Assembly: GCA_041500865.1 (NCBI GenBank) | Contig: JBGQMY010000009.1 | Coordinates: 1-40,976, forward strand | Reading direction: 5' to 3' | Length of the DNA stretch: 40,976 nt | Source of the DNA: Candidatus Micrarchaeia archaeon | GTDB taxonomy: Archaea; Micrarchaeota; Micrarchaeia; Anstonellales; J096 | In this document: in pieces, positions 36,917 to 40,976 of the stretch | How positions within the stretch are numbered: the first letter of the stretch is position 1 | How the letters are laid out: each line of letters opens with the position of its first letter | The notes under the pieces: model-generated | Told to the model about the DNA's origin: nothing | Seen by the model: only the letters and a program-made list of their open reading frames with translations | The model's database searches: none | Made by a program: the position numbers and the translations under genes

Positions 36917-38452
36917 TTGTCCAGGCGCAAGGCAATCCGCTTTATCATAGACCGGCTTGCCGCAGGCAGGCGCGACCTTCCGGCCCTCAAGAACGAGGCT
37001 GCAGGCCTTTTTTCGCTTGGCAAAACGGCAAAGAACTCCGAGATAATGCCGCTGCTGCCCAAAGGTTCCGCAAAAGGCGTGCGTACGCTGCTTTTCCGCA
37101 AGCCCATACGCACAGCCTCGGGCGTAACGCCCATCGCCGTCATGGTGCGGCCTTCAGGCAGCTGCAAGTTTTCCTGCATATACTGCCCGACAAGCTCCAT
37201 TGCCCCAAAAAGCTATACGGGCCTTGAGCCTGCGGCAAGGCGCGCAAGGGCCTCATCATTTGACCCGAAAAAACAGGTCAAGACAAGGCTCATGCAGTAC
37301 AGGATACAGGGCCATCCTGCAGACAAGTGCGAAATCATCGCCATGGGCGGCACGTTCCTGCGCATGCCCGAACCCTATAAACATTCGTTTGTCAAGGGCA
37401 TTTATGATGCGCTGAACGGCAGGAAGTCAAAAAACATCGCAGACGCGCAGCGCATAAACGGGCGCTCAAGGCATAGGGTGGTTGGTTTTACGTTTGAGAC
37501 AAGGCCCGACGTCTGCTCTTTGGACGACATAAGGGAAATGCTGCTTTTCGGGGCAACGCGCGTTGAGCTCGGCGTGCAGAACCCGGATGACTCAATATAC
37601 ATGAGAATCAACAGGGGCCACACCGTTGATGACGTCGTTAGCGCCACTGCAAAACTGAAGGACAGCGCGCTGAAAGTCGCATACCATCTGATGCCCGGCC
37701 TTCCTGGCTCAAGCCCTGCCAAGGATGCCTTAATGGCAAGGAAGATATTCTCAGACCCGCGCTTCAGGCCTGACATGCTGAAGATATACCCGACGCTCGT
37801 GATGAGCGGCACAAAACTTTTCAAGATGCAGGAAAAAGGCGAATATTCGCCTTACTCAACCGAAGAGGCAGCAGACACGATATCCGAGATGTACAGGCGC
37901 ATCCCCTATTATGCGCGCGTGATGAGGATACAGCGCGACATACCGACGGATGCCATCTCATCCGGAGTCCAGAACAGCAACCTTAGGCAGATGGTCGAGG
38001 CCATGGCGCTTGAAAAGGGCATTGAGATAAGGGAGATAAGGTTCAGGGAGCCCAGGTCAGCGGCAATGCGCAGGAAGCCCAGGTTATTCAGGGAGGATTA
38101 CGCGGCAAGCAATGGCAGGGAGTCGTTCCTTTCTTTTGAGTCCAGCAACAGGGACACAATATACGGCTTCGTGAGGCTGAGGATTCCGCATGCGCCGTTC
38201 ATGGGGCAGATAGACAATTCAACTGCACTAATCCGTGAATTGCACGTCTATGGCCCTGAGGCCGAAATCGGGAATCCTGGAAAAATCCAGCACAGGGGCC
38301 TGGGGGCAAGGCTGCTGAAAGAGGCAGAAGAGATAGCAAGCAAGGAGTTTGGCATGGAAAGGATGGTAATAATGCCTGGAGTCGGGGCAAGGGACTATTA
38401 TTACAAGAGGGGATATAAGCCGGAGCTGCCGTATGTTTCGAAGAGGCTGTAG
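36917..38452 (+). CDS. elp3: tRNA uridine(34) acetyltransferase Elp3 (radical SAM + KAT)
   Basis: KPIRTASGV, CKFSCIYC, PKSYTG.EPA, MGGTF, ETRPD, VELGVQ, RIQRDIP, RELHVYG, QHRGLG; probable TTG start after the upstream stop. Confidence 0.93.
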   Translation: MSRRKAIRFIIDRLAAGRRDLPALKNEAAGLFSLGKTAKNSEIMPLLPKGSAKGVRTLLFRKPIRTASGVTPIAVMVRPSGSCKFSCIYCPTSSIAPKSYTGLEPAARRARASSFDPKKQVKTRLMQYRIQGHPADKCEIIAMGGTFLRMPEPYKHSFVKGIYDALNGRKSKNIADAQRINGRSRHRVVGFTFETRPDVCSLDDIREMLLFGATRVELGVQNPDDSIYMRINRGHTVDDVVSATAKLKDSALKVAYHLMPGLPGSSPAKDALMARKIFSDPRFRPDMLKIYPTLVMSGTKLFKMQEKGEYSPYSTEEAADTISEMYRRIPYYARVMRIQRDIPTDAISSGVQNSNLRQMVEAMALEKGIEIREIRFREPRSAAMRRKPRLFREDYAASNGRESFLSFESSNRDTIYGFVRLRIPHAPFMGQIDNSTALIRELHVYGPEAEIGNPGKIQHRGLGARLLKEAEEIASKEFGMERMVIMPGVGARDYYYKRGYKPELPYVSKRL

Positions 38453-38453
38453 T

Positions 38454-39005
38454 TTAGCATTCAATTTTATATTCCCAGCCCGGCTGCCAGGCCTTCCTTT
38501 TTCTCCAGTCCTCGTCAATCGCCTGCTCCCATGTCCTGTCCCTGACCAAGACGTCCAATGCCAATTGCGGGGCTTGGTGTGCCATGATGGCGACGCGTTC
38601 CCCGCAGTGCTCTTTCCTTAGGGAACCAAGGAAATCGGCAATCCTTTTTTCCACATCCATGAAACTTTCTCCGTTCGGAAAAGGATTCTCCACGAAATCG
38701 GACATCCTGTCCTTGAATTCTTCCGCGGATTTTCCGGTCAAGCCGCCATAGTTGCATTCCCGCAGCCTTTTGTCCTTGATAATTTTATGGTTTTTTCCAA
38801 AGGAAAGCTCCGCCGAATCAACCGCTCTCTTCAAGTCTGAGCAAAAAACAGCGTCAAAATGCTTGTCAGCAACGGCTTCGCCTAATTCTTTAGACTGTTT
38901 AATGCCAAGTTCGGACAGTTCGCCTGGCGACCAGCCAGTAGCCAAGTCCTTTTCGTTGTCTGTGGTCGTTCCATGGACAAAATCCACGATATTGACAGTT
39001 CCCAT
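38454..39005 (-). CDS. Histidine phosphatase (phosphoglycerate mutase-like)
   Basis: VHGTT.DN, SDLKRA, LRECNYG, FPNGES, AHQ. Confidence 0.88.
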   Translation of the reverse strand: MGTVNIVDFVHGTTTDNEKDLATGWSPGELSELGIKQSKELGEAVADKHFDAVFCSDLKRAVDSAELSFGKNHKIIKDKRLRECNYGGLTGKSAEEFKDRMSDFVENPFPNGESFMDVEKRIADFLGSLRKEHCGERVAIMAHQAPQLALDVLVRDRTWEQAIDEDWRKRKAWQPGWEYKIEC

Positions 39006-39049
39006 GCTTTCGTATCTTTCGAACAGTTTTTATTTTTGCGCCAGCAGGC

Positions 39050-39315
39050 GCCTAGCATAGCTTTTTTTGGGTGCAAAAATAGTTTTCTTTCCGCAACCCT
39101 TTTCTTTCAAAAAGAAAATGGTTTAACGAAAAGAAACGCTTTTGGCTCAGCAGAGCCCAAAAATAGCTTCTTTTGGGGTGAAGACTTTTTCTTCTCTGAA
39201 ATTTGTCGGCGTCGGTTTTTCCCTGGGCTTTTTTCTAAAGTAGTTTTTCTTTCCGCAGAAGCCATGAAAAAGGAAGGTTGAGCCTCAAGGGAACCTTGGT
39301 TCCCTTAGGAAAGAA
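39050..39315. repeat. Non-coding cluster of T-rich repeats and hairpins
   Basis: 39072-39095 identical to 39840-39863 (24 bp); 39210-39234 identical to 39816-39840 (25 bp); hairpins at ~39098-39121 and 39287-39306 (AAGGGAACC-TT-GGTTCCCTT). Confidence 0.85.
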
Positions 39316-39356
39316 AGGGACTGTGCAGGGGAAGAAACCGCCTGCCTGGACTCTTT

Positions 39357-39692
39357 TCATTGGGGCTGCTGACCGCAGACTTGTCCGACTTGCTGGGCAG
39401 CAGCTTCACACGAGATTGCCTGACCTTCGCCGGAACATTGGAAATACTGGTCATCCGAGGTGAGGTAAAAAGACGCAACCGCATCGCGGGTCGAATCGCT
39501 GTAGAAACAGCTGCAGGACTTGATGTTGCAGCTTGGAGACAGTATCCATCCGCTGCAGTACAACTCGGTATCTGGAGGGCATCCAGTATTGGAGTCCATT
39601 GCCGGATTGTTGTCGCCGGATTTTGCTGGCTCGACACAACCGCTGAGAAACAAAGCAATTGCTAAAAATAAAACGATTAATCCAAGCTTCAT
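39357..39692 (-). CDS. Cys-rich putative lipoprotein
   Basis: MKLGLIVLFLAIALFLSG-C lipobox; eight further Cys in ~92 aa. Confidence 0.75.
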   Translation of the reverse strand: MKLGLIVLFLAIALFLSGCVEPAKSGDNNPAMDSNTGCPPDTELYCSGWILSPSCNIKSCSCFYSDSTRDAVASFYLTSDDQYFQCSGEGQAISCEAAAQQVGQVCGQQPQ

Positions 39693-39815
39693 TTGTCATA
39701 CCTACGTGTGTAAGTATAAACCATAAATAATAAGAATAGCGTGGTTAAGGGAAATTGATGCAATATCTCTAGCCCTGCTTCCCATGCATCTAACTTTTTC
39801 TGAGGGATTCGCCAT

Positions 39816-39891
39816 CGTCGGTTTTTCCCTGGGCTTTTTTGCAAAAATAGTTTTCTTTCCGCAGGAGCTTTCTTTTTCTAAAAGAAAGGGG
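39816..39891. repeat. Complete copy of the non-coding repeat with terminal hairpin, abutting the tRNA 3' end
   Basis: CGTCGGTTTTTCCCTGGGCTTTTTTGCAAAAATAGTTTTCTTTCCGCAGGAG followed by CTTTCTTTT-TCT-AAAAGAAAG. Confidence 0.85.
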
Positions 39892-39895
39892 CTTG

Positions 39896-39981
39896 TGCAG
39901 GGGGAGGGATTTGAACCCTCGAACCTCAGAGAGGACCAGACCCTGAATCTGGCGCCTTTGACCAGGCTTGGCGACCCCTGC
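39896..39981 (-). tRNA. tRNA-Leu (anticodon CAG), no intron, CCA not encoded
   Basis: GCAGGGG/CCCCTGC-A acceptor stem, D-arm GCCAAGCCTGGTCAAAGGC, CCAGA-TTCAGGG-TCTGG anticodon arm, long variable arm, GAGGG-TTCAAAT-CCCTC T-arm. Confidence 0.96.
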
Positions 39982-40080
39982 CTAGAGGCTATTTACTGCG
40001 GCAAAGGATTAAAACGGTTGCTATGCGGTCCGGATGAGAATTAAGATACAACTTAGCCAGTAATAAAAAAGAAGGGAGGA

Positions 40081-40239
40081 TTACTCTTCATCCTCGTCTT
40101 CTTCATTGTAATCTTCGTCGTCTTCATCTTCGAAGTCCTCGTCGAAGTCTTCCTCGTCGAAGTCTTCGTCGTCTCCTTCCCCCTTGTCCTTGTCTTTATC
40201 TTTGTTCTTGTCCTTGTCCTCGTCCTTCTTTCCAGGCAT
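40081..40239 (-). CDS. 52-aa highly acidic low-complexity protein
   Basis: MPGKKDEDKDKNKDKDKDKGEGDDEDFDEEDFDEDFEDEDDEDYNEEDEDEE; AGGTG SD upstream; T-rich tract after the stop; below the ORF-track length cutoff. Confidence 0.7.
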   Translation of the reverse strand: MPGKKDEDKDKNKDKDKDKGEGDDEDFDEEDFDEDFEDEDDEDYNEEDEDEE

Positions 40240-40510
40240 TTTAGGCACCTTCTGGGTGTCTCTATTGTGCTAACCTTTTTAAACTTGCTGGACAAGAAAT
40301 TCTGAGTTTTAATTTGGAAATAAATTGACGCACCGCCGTTGCAGCAGCAAAACCAGCGTCTTCTAACGGTAAAGCATACCAAGAATAAGGATTGAAAAGT
40401 ATAAGCTTGCTAGGATATAAACATTGGACGGCTTTAGTGCTGATAGGATGTCACAGTTTTCCATTTGCGCGCATGCAAAGGCATTTATAGCGTTGCAATG
40501 ACCGTAAACC

Positions 40511-40976
40511 ATGCCTTACGTATTCGGCGAAGGGCTAAAAACCCAGCTAAGGGCCCCCATGGGGCCCGTTTATCCCTCAATGCCAGCGTTCCCGGCAGGC
40601 AGGCGCATAATCGCCGTCGGCGACATCGTGGTGCTCGGCCTGCTGAAAAAGAGTATAACGCCCTTTGCCGCGGCCTTTGACCTCAGGACAAGGAGAGCGC
40701 CGATACGCAAGGAGGGCAAAGAGCTGATACTCAGGAGTTTCCCCAATCCGCTGAAAGCTGAGAATCCGCCAGGCACCTTGACAGAGGAGGCGATGGAGGC
40801 CGCAAAGGAAGCAATGGAAAAAGGCGGGGCCGTATTGGTGGACGGCGAAGAAGACCTGACGCTGCTTCGCTCCGCCATGGATGTATCGCGGGATATGATT
40901 TATCTCATTGATCGGGCCTCGATGCGCTACCTCTATGTTAACGATATGGCCTGCCGGTTGACCGGGTATACCCGTG
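40511..40976 (+). CDS. DUF359 / GTP-dependent dephospho-CoA kinase, switching at ~40866 into a PAS-domain-like sequence (partial, probably chimeric)
   Basis: Manual translation: LRAPMG, IAVGDIV, FDLRTRR, NPPGTLT, VDGEEDL, then RSAMDVSRDMIYLIDRASMRYLYVNDMACRLTGYTR. Confidence 0.75.
   Translation, partial: MPYVFGEGLKTQLRAPMGPVYPSMPAFPAGRRIIAVGDIVVLGLLKKSITPFAAAFDLRTRRAPIRKEGKELILRSFPNPLKAENPPGTLTEEAMEAAKEAMEKGGAVLVDGEEDLTLLRSAMDVSRDMIYLIDRASMRYLYVNDMACRLTGYTR

Noticed and set aside
37160..37190. Elp3 Fe-S motif spaced CxxxCxxC rather than Cx4Cx2C
   Set aside because: All three Cys are present in canonical radical SAM spacing; a minor variant.
39050..39891. Possible CRISPR array
   Set aside because: Only 2-3 irregularly spaced, non-identical repeats, no regular spacers and no cas genes.
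40053..40382. 109-aa Thr/Arg/Lys-rich ORF in the ORF track
   Set aside because: Alternative frame of the acidic microprotein, which has the ATG, SD and plausible codons.

Overview
Archaeal chromosomal window, about 50% GC. The rpl10e, rps8e, dph5, MCM, Nre, Elp3 and valS genes, a class III pilin, and TATA boxes ~22-25 nt before mostly leaderless start codons show it is archaeal; the gene style suggests DPANN/Micrarchaeota (inference). Bases 1-15.6 kb are a surface-glycan locus. It encodes a complete GDP-D-glycero-alpha-D-manno-heptose route (gmhA, hddA, hddC-gmhB fusion), six NAD-dependent sugar epimerase/reductases, a sugar C-methyltransferase, three other methyltransferases and an MTAP-APRT fusion. 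Two glycan-modifying genes are interrupted by +1 frameshifts at homopolymers: G12 in a radical SAM/SPASM gene and A5 in a GT4 glycosyltransferase. This resembles phase-variable contingency loci. The rest is housekeeping genes interspersed with small accessory cassettes: four ankyrin genes (three ending in a CaaX-like motif immediately followed by TGATTTTTAA), an MCM intein with an HTH domain, a degenerate Maf-like protein, a vapBC pair bracketed by a 47-bp duplication of a host gene 3' end, a repeat/hairpin cluster beside tRNA-Leu(CAG), and an unannotated 52-aa acidic protein. The last ~110 bp look chimeric (archaeal DUF359 kinase switching into a bacterial-type PAS domain). All assignments come from motif reading only; no database searches were run.
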